The notes beneath the pieces were generated by a model. It did not search any database and had not been told where the DNA came from. It worked only from the letters and a program-made list of their open reading frames with translations. DNA of 63,239 bases, counting the filler. It is 12 parts of 12 records of this genome, joined end to end, with 100 filler letters (N's around TTAATTAATTAA, not from the genome) between each part and the next. Parts side by side here need not be neighbours in the genome. Positions count along the whole stretch, not along the records: positions 24,499 to 34,079 come from SRR15195285_4698; positions 34,180 to 39,304 come from SRR15195285_4699; positions 39,405 to 45,233 come from SRR15195285_4700; 9 more parts are not named here. The stretch is one strand, 5' to 3'. Every line of letters starts with the position of its first letter. Positions within the stretch are counted from its first letter, which is position 1. This document shows, piece by piece, positions 31,279 to 42,400 of this stretch. The translations under genes and the position numbers were made by a program.

Positions 31279-32040
31279 TTATCGTGGGCCGCGACTGACG
31301 AAGGTCGCGAGGGTAGAGGAAACACACATGTGATACGAGGAAGGCGATTGGTCGCGAACGCAACAGTGCAACTCCCAAAGCCTTGTGTGTACTGTCCTGC
31401 CGAGACATTGGGGCTTGTGGCACCCACTGGCCCATGACGCATGACCCCGGGCAAAAGACCTTTTCCCCAGCGTCAAGCCAGGCTTAGCCCAGCAGCAGCA
31501 GCAGCAGCAAAAGACCAGCTGCGAAATCAATGTCATCTAAACAGCCCGCTGCTGGCAAGCATCCATAGCCTACGAAAATTTGCATGTGTTGCTACGCTGC
31601 AAGCTTGCTACTAGTGCTAGATCTCGAACGAGTTGATGCCTAGCTGAGGAAGTGGCGTTGTGGCATAGTCACATTAGATCTTTGTATAGTTCGGGTGACA
31701 CAGTCAACCACGGTCGACGAACCAATGCAGCTCAACGAACACGAAGAAGACTACAAATGAGACAAAGCCTACACCTAGGCCGGCCATGGCAAAAACAATC
31801 CGCTTGGTCGCCGATGGCTTATCCGCAAGTGCTTCAGCAACTGCCCCGCAGCCCATGACGACAAATGGGACAGAATAGCCAGTGCCATTTGGTTCCGAAG
31901 AGTTGATACCCACCACAGAAGCCATCATGGGATTGGCAGAGATTGAGAGATGAAGATTATGCTTTATGGCGATTAGCACAGTAGCGGAATTCCACCGACC
32001 TCAAGTATCGATATGTGCTGGCCAACAATACTTTCGCCAT
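31279..32040 (-). CDS. Possible small multi-exon membrane protein with a poly-Cys stretch; exon structure unresolved
   Basis: Hydrophobic ORF 31704-31979 (IVFAMAGLGVGFVSFVVFFVFV) and ORF 31279-31536 (LVFCCCCCCW, encoded by a CAG tract). ATG at 32040 lies next to a divergent promoter-like region. Confidence 0.3.
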
Positions 32041-32371
32041 ATATACCCGGATACCTCCCTCGGTCGTGGGTCGACCTGTACCTGTTGTTAGGTACCTGCT
32101 GGGTACGCACGCGTGGGCCGCCGCGGCGCGGTCGCGTGTACACAACGGCGTACATGCATGTACTGTACATACATGCAACGCGTGTATCGTACACATCGAT
32201 GCACGCACGTGCAGCCGCGCGCTGTGCGCGTGCATCGCGTTGGTTCCGCCGTGGGGGCTGTCTGTCTTAACGAAGTGTCTGTCTGCGGCGCGCCAACTTT
32301 AAAGGCAAAGCGATACGATCGCGCGAGCGAGGGCGCACCCGCGCGGCGGCTCTGCGAACCGCGAGTGCACG

Positions 32372-33739
32372 ATGGTCTCCCGGCGCTGCGGCATGTTGAT
32401 CACTCTGATGGCGGCGGTGGCTCAGTCCACTGCTGCTGCCCGTGCCCCAGCTGCCAAGCGCGTGATGCTGTGGACGACAGACGATGCTGCGAACACAAAC
32501 AGTGCGTCGATCGAATGCCACCTGTACAGCTAGAACTCCACTCCACAGTCAACCAACTGGCGGCATTACGCTGTAGCGTGGCGGCATTACGCTACATTAT
32601 GCATGGACCGTCGTGCCGCGCACTTGATCCCTGATATAATGATCGAGAGTGTTTGGGCCGAGCAGGCACACGCCGTGCGGCGTATCTTGCTGAGCTGCAG
32701 ACGGTGAAAAACATCGTCAACGTCGTCTCACCGTGCAGCTATTACATTCAGCAGACTGAGCCACACGCGCTGATTCGAAAGAAAGGAGCTGACGTCCTCC
32801 ACAAGGCCCTGCTTGCGGCAGGTTTCAAGGTCCAGCCGCTGGTGGGCGATATCGGTGGGGGCTGGAACATGAGCTGGTATCGCGACACGTTTGCCTCTGA
32901 TGCGTTTGTGAAGGCAGCCGTCAAAGAGATCAAAGAGGGATCGCTCGAGGGCCTGAATTTTGTGAGATGTCTCCCAACTCCCACGGCGGCCTCCCGCTGC
33001 GTTTATACACCCGCCATGCAGTGGGTGTCGAATGTCGCTCAGGTGCTGCTTCCTGCAGGATTACGAGGCTCATCAGCCGGGCGGTCTCAACGATTCCGTC
33101 GCTTACGCTACGATGGTTGGCAAGATTGCCACTCAATCGTCCGCAGGATCGATGTTGACCGTGGACTTTCCGTGCTCTGGCCAGACGTGCGACACTTCCA
33201 CTCTGGTCACCAACAAGGGCGTCGGGAAGGTCCTGAGCATGAATACTTATGTAAGCACAGCAGCCCCTTGACGTGCACCGGTGATCTTGCCTTCATGCGT
33301 TGCCTCTTGCTTTCTGCATTTGATCAATTGTTCTCAGTTTGGTGTTCGGTGTTTTGGTTGCTCAGGGTGGTGGCGACAATGACAGTTTCAACAAAACACT
33401 GCACAGTAACCTGAACGCAGTAGGTGGTGACCTGACTCGTTACGGCCTTGGGGTCTGCCCCGGATGCAGCAAAGGCATATCGGCCGACCAGATCGCCGAA
33501 CGGTTGCAGCTTGCACACGACGCGAAGATTCAAGAGATTGATATTTGGGCGAATGTCGCTCCCGACGACCCTGATTCGAAGCGTTGGTGTGAGTGCATGG
33601 AGTACTAGTGTTCTTGCAAGCTTTCCCACGTGCTGCCGTTTCGCCGGCTATTTGGCTGTAGTGTGAATGTGCTGGGATGCTCGTATCATGTGCATCAGGG
33701 GATGCGCTGCGCAAGTGGAAGTCAGTGCCGCTTCCATGA
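32372..33739 (+). CDS. Secreted GH18 (chitinase-like) TIM-barrel protein; 5 exons: 32372-32501, 32666-32961, 33059-33250, 33366-33588, 33699-33739
   Basis: Signal peptide and four phase-consistent GT-AG introns. The catalytic-type motif LEGLNF|DYE is rebuilt across intron 2. VLSMNTY and EIDIW match GH18 strands beta6 and beta8. Confidence 0.75.
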
Positions 33740-34049
33740 TGGGATGAGCACGTTGTGGCTCACTGCCGCACCACCCTCACTTGTGCGATGGCTGCCAGCA
33801 TGGTTGGCTCGACTGATGTGATGTACAATGGAACGTGTGCTACGCAAGTGAATGGTCGCAACACGCAACAAGCAACGGGTCTCAGTAGCACTGTGGAGCA
33901 ACATCCAAAACGCACTGCCAAAACCGTGAAGTCCTTTCCACTAACCCCACCTCCTGTCCTACGAGGGTGTCGAGTGATGCGTGGGGCTACGGTGACGCGA
34001 CCCTCCACCAGACCGATAGCATTGCTTGCGTGTTCAACTACCATCAACA

Positions 34050-34230
34050 CTGCTGCTACTGCTGCTGCTGCTGCTGCTGNNNNNNNNNNNNNNNNNNNNN
34101 NNNNNNNNNNNNNNNNNNNNNNNTTAATTAATTAANNNNNNNNNNNNNNNNNNNNNNNNNNNNNNNNNNNNNNNNNNNNCTGCTGCTGCTGCTGCTGCTG
34201 CTGGCGCTGGTGCTGGTGCTGGTGCTGGTG
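34050..34230. repeat. (CTG)n microsatellites at both contig edges, flanking the artificial linker 34080-34179
   Basis: A CTG run ends contig 6, and a CTG/(CTGGTG)n run starts contig 7. Confidence 0.9.
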
Positions 34231-34239
34231 GGCTGGGTG

Positions 34240-36472
34240 ATGAAGCGCCACGCGTGCGGCTGCGGGACGCTGGAGGTGAAGGCACCGGCGTGCTCGCATG
34301 TGACGCCGGAGGTGGTGCGGAATGCGAAGCTGGCCTCGCATTATCTGCACATGGTGGTGGTGCGGAGGACGGGCGGGCAGCGCGCCCGTTCGCCGGCTGG
34401 CAGTACGGACGCCGCCCTCAGGACGCTTGGGTGCTCGGTGTGCACAAAGATGGGCGACTGCGCCGAGGCAGTCTGTTTTGGGAAGAGGCTCCGACTCTCC
34501 GCTTGCCTGCAGTGCTTCTTCATCGGCTGCCATCATCATGGCCACCTGGAGCAGCACTTTGATTGGTCGGAACATAAGCTCGCGCTTGACCTCGAGCTGC
34601 AGAAAGTTTACTGCCACTCCTGCAAGGGGTACGTGTATAATTGCGAGCTGGATCAGCAGATAGAACTGGGGCGGAGAGAAGTGATGCAGCTCCATCGCCG
34701 GACAAGGCAGAAGGTGGAGCCAACTACAGCGACTGCGAAGATGCCACTGCTGTCGGTACTCAAGGAGCACACGTTCGCGCGCTCTTCGAACGCACAGATC
34801 CTCGGGCTGCGAGGAATGGTCAACATGGGAAACACATGTTTCATGAGTAGCATCCTCCAGGCACTCGTGCACAACCCATTCCTGCGAACTGTGTTTCTAA
34901 GCGACTGCGAGTGGAGTCCGTCGAAGACTACCGTGTTGCACAGCCCACGTGCCGGCGAGACGAGTTCCGACCCACCTCTGCGGGCGGACTTTCTGCGGCT
35001 CTTCACCGAGATGTACTCTGGTGCCACTGCACCACATGCGCCGTACTACCTTCTCCACACAGTGTGGAAACATTCTGCGTACCTGTCTGGGTACCAGCAA
35101 CAAGATGCGCACGAGTTCTTGATCTTCATTCTCAACCAGCTGCACGCGCAAATGCAGACCAACACGCTGGACGAACCCATTATCAAGGCCGAAGCCAACA
35201 GCAAGCCCGAATCTAACAGCAAGGGTCCCGAACCCGCGGCAGTTGCGAACGGTGCCGCACCAAGCAACCCAACCATGGTCCTGAAGACCTCTGCTCAGAC
35301 CGACACAAAGTCAGAATCGATCATCTCCCGAGTGTTCCGAGGCACCCTCCGTTCCGATGTCACCTGCTGTGGTTGTGCAGCGGTATCAACAGCCTATGAT
35401 CCATTCTTTGACTTGCCGCTCGACCTCGCTGGACGTACAGTGCAAATGCAGCCTGCGACAACTACATTGCAGAGCGACAGTGAAAAGACCACGCAACCGT
35501 TGGACCCACCTACAGGAGACGATGCTGCTTCTGGTGCAACTGCAATATCGCCTGCAGGTGCGGGCGCTGCTGCCACTGCACCAAGCACGCCGCGAACGCC
35601 TCGAGAACCGGGGTCAGCCACGACCATCAACGATTGCCTACATAGTTTTACTTGTACTGAAGAGCTCGACAGCGATGGCCAATGGGTCTGTGGTGCTTGC
35701 AAGTCTAACAAGCGGACCAAGCGTCTGTCCGTCGCCAAACTACCGGTGATATTGGTGCTTCAGGTTAAGCGTTTTGCGAAAACAGTGGTACCATCGGCCA
35801 AGGGTAATGGGCAGCAGGTCATTTCTCACAAGCTAGAGCAACATATCAAGTTTCCATCCGCTGGCCTGGACCTGCGTCCCTACACTTCAGCGGAGATATT
35901 CTCGCGAAAGCAAGACCGGGAGGCTAAGACTGGCAGCGGCATACCCTCTTCTCCTGGCGACAAACCTCGAGCGGAGCGAGTGGCGGCAATGTTACAGCCT
36001 GCATACACACTGTTTAGTGTTGTCGTGCATTTCGGGACGCTGGAGCAAGGTACGCGAGGACACAGCAGGCATTCTGCATCGTCAGCGCGCAGCACAACGC
36101 TAGCTTCGCTTGCCGCCAGCCTGACCCAACCACTCACATCATCCTAATTTTGCGTACTGCGTGTGTCCAGGTCACTACATCACATACGTGAAAGGGTATG
36201 CTTCGGAGCAATGGTACAAGTGCGACGACGCGAATATCACACTTGTCACCCGAGCCGAAGTGCTTGCCACCGAAGCGTAAGCACATTACCATTTTGCTCA
36301 AGCGGGATTTCAACACCCAAACATTCTGCACAGATAAAAGCTCCACTGCCCGAGGGTGTTCACTTATACTATTTACCCTCATACACGTCTCTGCTGGTAT
36401 GTGTGTGCTGGTGCCCGGCTTGCTAATGTGCTCAGGTATTTGCTCTTCTACATTCGTGAGTCCTGTGACTGA
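34240..36472 (+). CDS. USP22: Ubiquitin-specific protease with N-terminal zf-UBP, USP22/27/51/Ubp8-like; introns 36050-36170 and 36277-36435
   Basis: zf-UBP (CLQCFFIGC..HGHLEQH...YCHSCKGYVY), Cys box GLRGMVNMGNTCFMSSILQ, YQQQDAHEF, spliced His box HFGTLEQG|HYITYV...WYKCDD, and terminal EA|YLLFY. Confidence 0.92.
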
Positions 36473-36703
36473 ATGCAGACACGAAGGTGACCTGTTCATC
36501 GAGCTAGCACGGGCACCGGGAATAACCGCATGTATCCGCGAAATACCGCTACGAAATTGTAGCTACGCTTCACGCATTAGGTCCCTACCGATTTGCTCTT
36601 CTGAGTGTTTGTTTCTCTTGTGGACGTTGCCAACGTGGCAGCAATGAGATCTGTTGGTTTCCATGATTTTGTCACACCGCTGCGTCACACTCGAGTTGGT
36701 CTA

Positions 36704-38800
36704 CTAGTCACCTCCACTGTGCTCAGCGTCATCGCCCAGAAATTTTTCTAGCTCAACCGCTTCGTCTGCGCTATCATACTCATCGCCGTCCAATTCTCCT
36801 AGCAGACCAAAGCTCATGGCAATGCGCTCCGCTGCAGCGTGTCGCTGCTCCCTGCTCATGTTCGACGACGCAGCTTTGAAACTGCTGACTTCGCGGAACA
36901 TCTCTTCCATGCTTGCCATCGTCTGCTGTGAGCTCCCACCACCGGCGGCACTCGCCTCATCATCGGCCGTGCTAGAGAGGAGAAGGTGTTCTAGCTGTGG
37001 TGCCACGCCATTGGCGTCTGCGCTACCACCACTGTTGATTGAAGAAGCTGTTGGAGCATCACTAGAACTCCCATCACTCTGTGGTCTAGGTGCTGGCGCC
37101 GCTTGTTCATGCATCCGCACTGTGCCCCAAACGTTTTGTTTCAAGGCTTCGACCAATCGCCACACACCTTCTTTGTCTGTGCTCCGGCTGAGGCCCTCTT
37201 CATCGCCAAAATCTTGACTGCCGCATGAGCTGTCTGCACAACTGTGCTCCTGCTGCAAGTTTGCTGGAGGCCTGACCAGCTCGAAACCGTGATCAGCGCA
37301 CCACTCGATAGCCGGTGCATAAGGCGCGGCATCTACGTTTACACACAGCGCTAGCATCTCAGGACCGTTGCACCCGTCTTGGTACGGAAATTGTGCGATC
37401 AGGTCTGACCACTCCGAAAGCAGGGCTGAAGCGGCTGGATTCTTGCCCATCTCCTCGCTTAGTATGAGAATCACTGCACCGCAGCGAGACACCATGGCCG
37501 AAGAGGCCAGAGCAGAACCAGTTGCGCGGCCGGCCTGCGACGGTGACTGCTCGGCGAGGGCGTCACGAGCGGCCGCAAGGGCCGCAGCGGGCTGCGCAGC
37601 TGCGTCAACAAAGCACATGGCGACGTCAGCAGTGAAGTATCGGTTGTGCACACGCCACGTTGCCATGGCTGGCACTGAGCCGTATTCGCTACCAAGCCCA
37701 AGTGCCGCTGCTATAGAAGCGCTGCTGATGGTGCCACTGGCCGCTGCCATAGATGGCTCTGTACTGGTGGTATCGTCATTGCCATCAACATCGTCTATAT
37801 CTGGCAGTGCAGCTACAAAACTCACGACCAGCGCAGAGTTTCCTGCGGGTGTGCATGCCTCCTTCTCACCCGCAGGAGCTTCACGGGTCGTGGATGTTGC
37901 GGGTCCATCGTCAAGCTCCGGCCGCGGCTTCATCACGAGAGTGCCCCACATTGTGTTTTGCAGTGCTTCTACTACTCGGGCTAGTCCTTGCTGGCCCTCC
38001 TCCTGTTCTTGCGCCGCGTCTGCGGCACTGGCTGCCGGTCGCTTAGGCGCGTCCAGCAAAGCCGTAGGCACTCCTACTGCAACGTGCCACGGCAAAATCA
38101 CGTATTCAAATCCATGTTCGACCGACCACTCCCACAGCGGACCTTCATCGTTTCCCTCACCACTCTCGAGCCTCGCCAAGCGCTCCGTGCGGGCCTCGGC
38201 TGCTTCTGGCGAAGCTGATGTGCTCTTGGATGACGCCAGCGCTGGAGTCGGGCTGAGTTCACACAGCAGAAGTACCTCTGGCTCTTGTGCTAGCGCTGTC
38301 AGCGCTGTCAAAGAGTCTGGATTGGTGCCGTTTTCTACTAGGGCAACCAATGCCTGGCATCGATGCTTGCTGGCGCCGACGGGCCCGGGCTCGCTCAGCA
38401 CAGCAGTACAGGCTTCTTCCCATGCTGGCGGGTCCTGCACCGGCAGCGCGAGCAAGTCGACCTCAGCGCTGAAGTAGCGGTTATCCGCACGCCACGCCGT
38501 GCAACTCAGCTGTGGGTGCAGCGACGTCGCCCCAACGGCCGGTGCTGGCGCATCTGCGCCGCACAGCGCATCGCGCAATGCGACCTCTCCTGGCGGTGCC
38601 AGCGCCCCGTCGCTTCCCTGCGCGCGGAGCGGCGCGAGCGCGTCGCGCAGCTTCGCGCAGTCCTCGTAGCGCTCGGCTGCCAGGGCTGCCGCTTTCTTCT
38701 CTTCCAGCACCTCGACAGCGGCGGCGATCCTCGCCCTCTGAGCCTCTGCAGAGCAGCCGACGCCGAGCAAGAGCGCGCTGTTCGGGCTGCTGGGCGCCAT
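36704..38800 (-). CDS. AAGAB: AAGAB/p34/Irc6-like adaptin-binding protein with two tandem adaptin-binding domains and an N-terminal UVR motif
   Basis: Two copies each of the p34 motifs: WRADNRYFSAEV / WRVHNRYFTADV, WSVEHGFEYV / WCADHGFELV, and GLARVVEALQNTMW / GVWRLVEALKQNVW. C-terminal MEEMF...REQRHAAAERIAMSF. ATG at 38800. Confidence 0.85.
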   Translation of the reverse strand: MAPSSPNSALLLGVGCSAEAQRARIAAAVEVLEEKKAAALAAERYEDCAKLRDALAPLRAQGSDGALAPPGEVALRDALCGADAPAPAVGATSLHPQLSCTAWRADNRYFSAEVDLLALPVQDPPAWEEACTAVLSEPGPVGASKHRCQALVALVENGTNPDSLTALTALAQEPEVLLLCELSPTPALASSKSTSASPEAAEARTERLARLESGEGNDEGPLWEWSVEHGFEYVILPWHVAVGVPTALLDAPKRPAASAADAAQEQEEGQQGLARVVEALQNTMWGTLVMKPRPELDDGPATSTTREAPAGEKEACTPAGNSALVVSFVAALPDIDDVDGNDDTTSTEPSMAAASGTISSASIAAALGLGSEYGSVPAMATWRVHNRYFTADVAMCFVDAAAQPAAALAAARDALAEQSPSQAGRATGSALASSAMVSRCGAVILILSEEMGKNPAASALLSEWSDLIAQFPYQDGCNGPEMLALCVNVDAAPYAPAIEWCADHGFELVRPPANLQQEHSCADSSCGSQDFGDEEGLSRSTDKEGVWRLVEALKQNVWGTVRMHEQAAPAPRPQSDGSSSDAPTASSINSGGSADANGVAPQLEHLLLSSTADDEASAAGGGSSQQTMASMEEMFREVSSFKAASSNMSREQRHAAAERIAMSFGLLGELDGDEYDSADEAVELEKFLGDDAEHSGGD

Positions 38801-39304
38801 CGGATGCTCCGACCTCTGAGACTGCTCGCTCACGAGCAACGCCGGCGGAGCGCGCGTGCATGCGGCGGACGGAGCGCCGGGTCAGCGACGGCGGTTGCGA
38901 TCTGAGATGCATCGAATCGTCGAATGCTTGGCCTTTTTTTGTGATCGATGGCGGGCTGACGATGGGGATGGCGTTATGCGTTGCTGGCCTGAGTGTGTGA
39001 GCCAGCCCTATCCCGGGGGTCGCCCCTGCTTCGTCTGCGAACAGCTGTAGCCACTGTCGTGCCAAGGCAGCGTGCTCAGGTGCGGGCTTGTGCGGTTATT
39101 GCCGCGGCGCAAAGGAGAGAAAACAGATCTAATGAACAACACTGAGCACACTCATGGTAAAACGCTGCCGCGCGTATTCATTCCGCCACCCCGACGAATG
39201 ATGAAGCTTAGACCAGCTGCAACTGTAACAGGCCCGCAGAGCAGCTTTCGTATGTGCCGCAGGCTGTGATACGAGTGGCCGGTGAGCTCTTCGGTCACAC
39301 TCAG

Positions 39305-39404
39305 NNNNNNNNNNNNNNNNNNNNNNNNNNNNNNNNNNNNNNNNNNNNTTAATTAATTAANNNNNNNNNNNNNNNNNNNNNNNNNNNNNNNNNNNNNNNN
39401 NNNN
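39305..39404. other. Artificial contig linker
   Basis: N44-TTAATTAATTAA-N44. Confidence 0.97.
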
Positions 39405-42400
39405 TCCTGCCATTGTCGGAAATCCCGCCAGCGGCCTTGATCCGATCGAGTATTTCCGTCTTCGCCCGGCTACGTAGGTGTTGCTTGTAAGCTGTTCTCA
39501 ACTGGCTGGGTGCATAACCTTCCTTGCAGCATTTGGGACAGGTATCGGCCGATGGATACTTGCAGCGGTATTGCCCATCGCAGCACGGAAGCCGGCGAAT
39601 TTTCTTTCCAGTTTTTCGCTTGGTCCGTTTAACTTTCTTGTCAACGGCGATGCTGAGCTGCGCCTGTTCTTCCGCACTAGGCAGCCACAGCAACGGGAGG
39701 TCTTCTATGCACGAAGCGTCACGCTTGCGTAAGGCCCCCATGCTGTCTCCATCGCCACGAGTTGCATCGTTGCCGTATGGCTTGCCCTGGCTGATATACT
39801 GCTCTTTCTTGATGCTGTCCAAGAGCCGTAGCGCCGGATCGTCATTAGCCTCATCTCCCGTCTCGTCGTCTGATGAAGACTCACTTGCCGAATCATCAAT
39901 ACTATTACAAAGCAGCTCAAATATGTTCGCCGGTTCAGACGGTCTCGCGGTAGACGTCTTTTGCACAGTCAGCTCTTTGTCCGGCTCGTCCATTGCACGG
40001 ATGGCCCCATAACACGTCTGAAGTGCCTGCAACATGTTTTCATGACCCCGATCTCTCGTCTGTGATTCGCGCTGTCTGATGCTTGAGTCCAAACAGCTGA
40101 GTGCACGCGCACGCTGCCCGGGGCTGACCTTCTGTGCCTGGCGCACAACCGAACCCGTTAGCCCCCAGACCTCGTGGTACCGTTCGCAGCGGTCCTCGTC
40201 AGTACCAAATATCGCCTGGACCGCTCCATCAGGGCCCTCTGTGAGGAACTGGTAGAGCTTGCCATTGAAGGACTTCGTATATAGTCCGTTGCCCACAGCC
40301 ATGTCTTTGCCTTTGAACGTGTACACAAACCCAAGCGCCTCGCACGCCATCCGTTCAAGCTGGCCCTTGTTGTTGTCAAAACTGCGCCAAAGTGCTGTTT
40401 CCTCCATCGGTGGGCGCGACTGTCCATAGCGCTCGCCATCCAGGCCTTGTCGAACGTTCAGCCACACCTGCCCGGCACCCAGCAGTAGTAGCCCGCCCAA
40501 CAGCTGTTCAGACACGAGTGTGTTGCTGTTGCATTGTAGCTCAGTTTCAGTGTCCCTCATAGCCCAGCGCAAAGCGTTGCCGACATCGACAGCGACGTCT
40601 TCATCGGTCTCCACTAGCTTAGTATACAGCCGATTCATCAGCGTGGAAGTAAGTCTATCCGGGAGCTTCCACAGCGATATCACCACTCCCAATGCACCTG
40701 CGGCCAGGAACGCCCGCGCCAGACCCATGACACCCTCACCAGCAACTAGGTCGCCACGGCCGGAGTTGCAGGCTGCTAGCACCACAAGTTGGGGAGGCAG
40801 CGGTTTGCACGCCATGATGTCTTCCACACGTAGAAACTGATCGGAATGAGTTGACTGTTCCGCCTTGCCATGAAGCAATAACCGCGGCCCCAACGCATCC
40901 ACATCTCCGTGTGTCGCCAGGTGAACCACACTTGCTGACTTCAGTCGCTCCAACACGGCTGCTTTCGTTGCCGATTCACCGATCAGAGCTGTGCAGCCCA
41001 GCAACTGCGAGACCTCGCGAGCCTCTCTGATGGCGCTTGGCAGTGGTGGTACAGACTGTTCCGTCCAGCCGTCCATGACAACAGCGCCATTCTGGGTCGA
41101 CAGTCGTGGTTTTGCGCAAACTGTGTCGGTCTGAGGATACCCCACCACGAGTGCATCTCCACCGCTTACGTTCTCACACGTCTTTGCTGAGTCCTGGGCG
41201 ATGGCCATCAAGCGCAACGACAGGCCAATCTGGATGGTGAAGTCGTCCACCAAGTGGCGCGTTTGCACTGTACCGTCAGTAGAACGCAAGGCTGCAAAAG
41301 GCACAAGTGCCAGCTCGTTGTGCGGGAAGAACACCACCTGCCCCATCGGTGTCAAGAGATGCCTGATCGGCTCGACAAGCAGCTTTGACAGGCCATCAAG
41401 AGTCGACCGAACTTCCGTGAGTTGTCGCTTCTCTTCTTTCTCACTCAATGATTTGGGAACCGGGTTCCCGCGGTCGGCTGACGCTGTGATGCAACCATAG
41501 CTCCGCCAGCTGCCGAACGCTCCAATGAGCGCGTCCACAGTTGGAATTCCCTTACTACCGAACCTCTGCTGCTCGAAATGCACCTCACCCTTACGGTCGA
41601 TCACCCAGATGTACAGTGCACGCATCGCCTTGTCGATATAATAGTATACGAGCTCGGCATTCAAATTCTTGACCAAGTCAGAGCTCTCTTGGCAGCTCCA
41701 GACTTTTCCCTCGCAATAGGTCAGGTTGGCGGGCTTGACCCCGAGTGGCTTCGCGTTTTTCTCACCGCCGTCGAGCTCGACCGAGTAGCGATCCTTTTCC
41801 GAAGCAAATGAACGCACTGTGCCGAGTTTGCCGTTGTGTTGCGGCGCGCCGGTCAGGCTGTGGATCGCCACCCGGTCGCCCACGTCTAATCCCGACCTTG
41901 AGTCGGCAACAAGGTCTAGCAGAGCTGTGCTGCGACTGCGCTCAGCTGCTTCCAGCGCCTCTTCGTGCTGGTCCAGTTGTACGAGGCAGTGTATTCGAAT
42001 GTCGAACGCCTTGCTGTGCTTGTGTGCAAATACAGAGACTTTGTGGTCATCGGCGAGACCACCACGATGAGCTGTCAGGATGTCGATGCAGTCTGCTGCA
42101 TGTTTCGCAGCGTCTTCCAACTGGCCATAACTCAAACAGATGTCTGCAAGGTTTTGCAACACGTCAGCTCGCGTGGTAGATCCGGGCATGGTCTTTTTAA
42201 GGGCATCCTCAGCTAGTTGAACTGGGTCACGGGGATGGGAAATCCCAACCTTCGTGCAAAAGTCCACGTAGTCGGCGTAACTGGCCTCCCTCTCGATGAT
42301 AAGCTCCCGGTCGCCGAGTTTCTTCGCGCGCCTGATCGCATCCGTGTGGCAGGCCTCACATTCGATGCATAGTACTAGGATGTATGTGAATTCCTGCTCG

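Noticed and set aside
34050-34230. Contigs 6 and 7 being truly adjacent through a shared (CTG)n tract
   Set aside because: Several contigs begin or end in CAG/CTG/GAG runs (15162, 45334, 58712) because assemblies break there; this cannot be established without reads.
37368-38477. Long antisense or alternative-frame ORFs (e.g. 37368-38477 +, 47677-48600 +, 22998-23723 +, 52850-53572 +, 34132-34872 -)
   Set aside because: They are shadow ORFs of well-supported genes on the opposite strand in GC-rich DNA, with no recognisable motifs.
40195-40260. OTU-like motif (LTEGPDGAVQAIFG) downstream of the CHAT domain
   Set aside because: It lacks the catalytic Cys of GDGxC, so the similarity is too weak to call.
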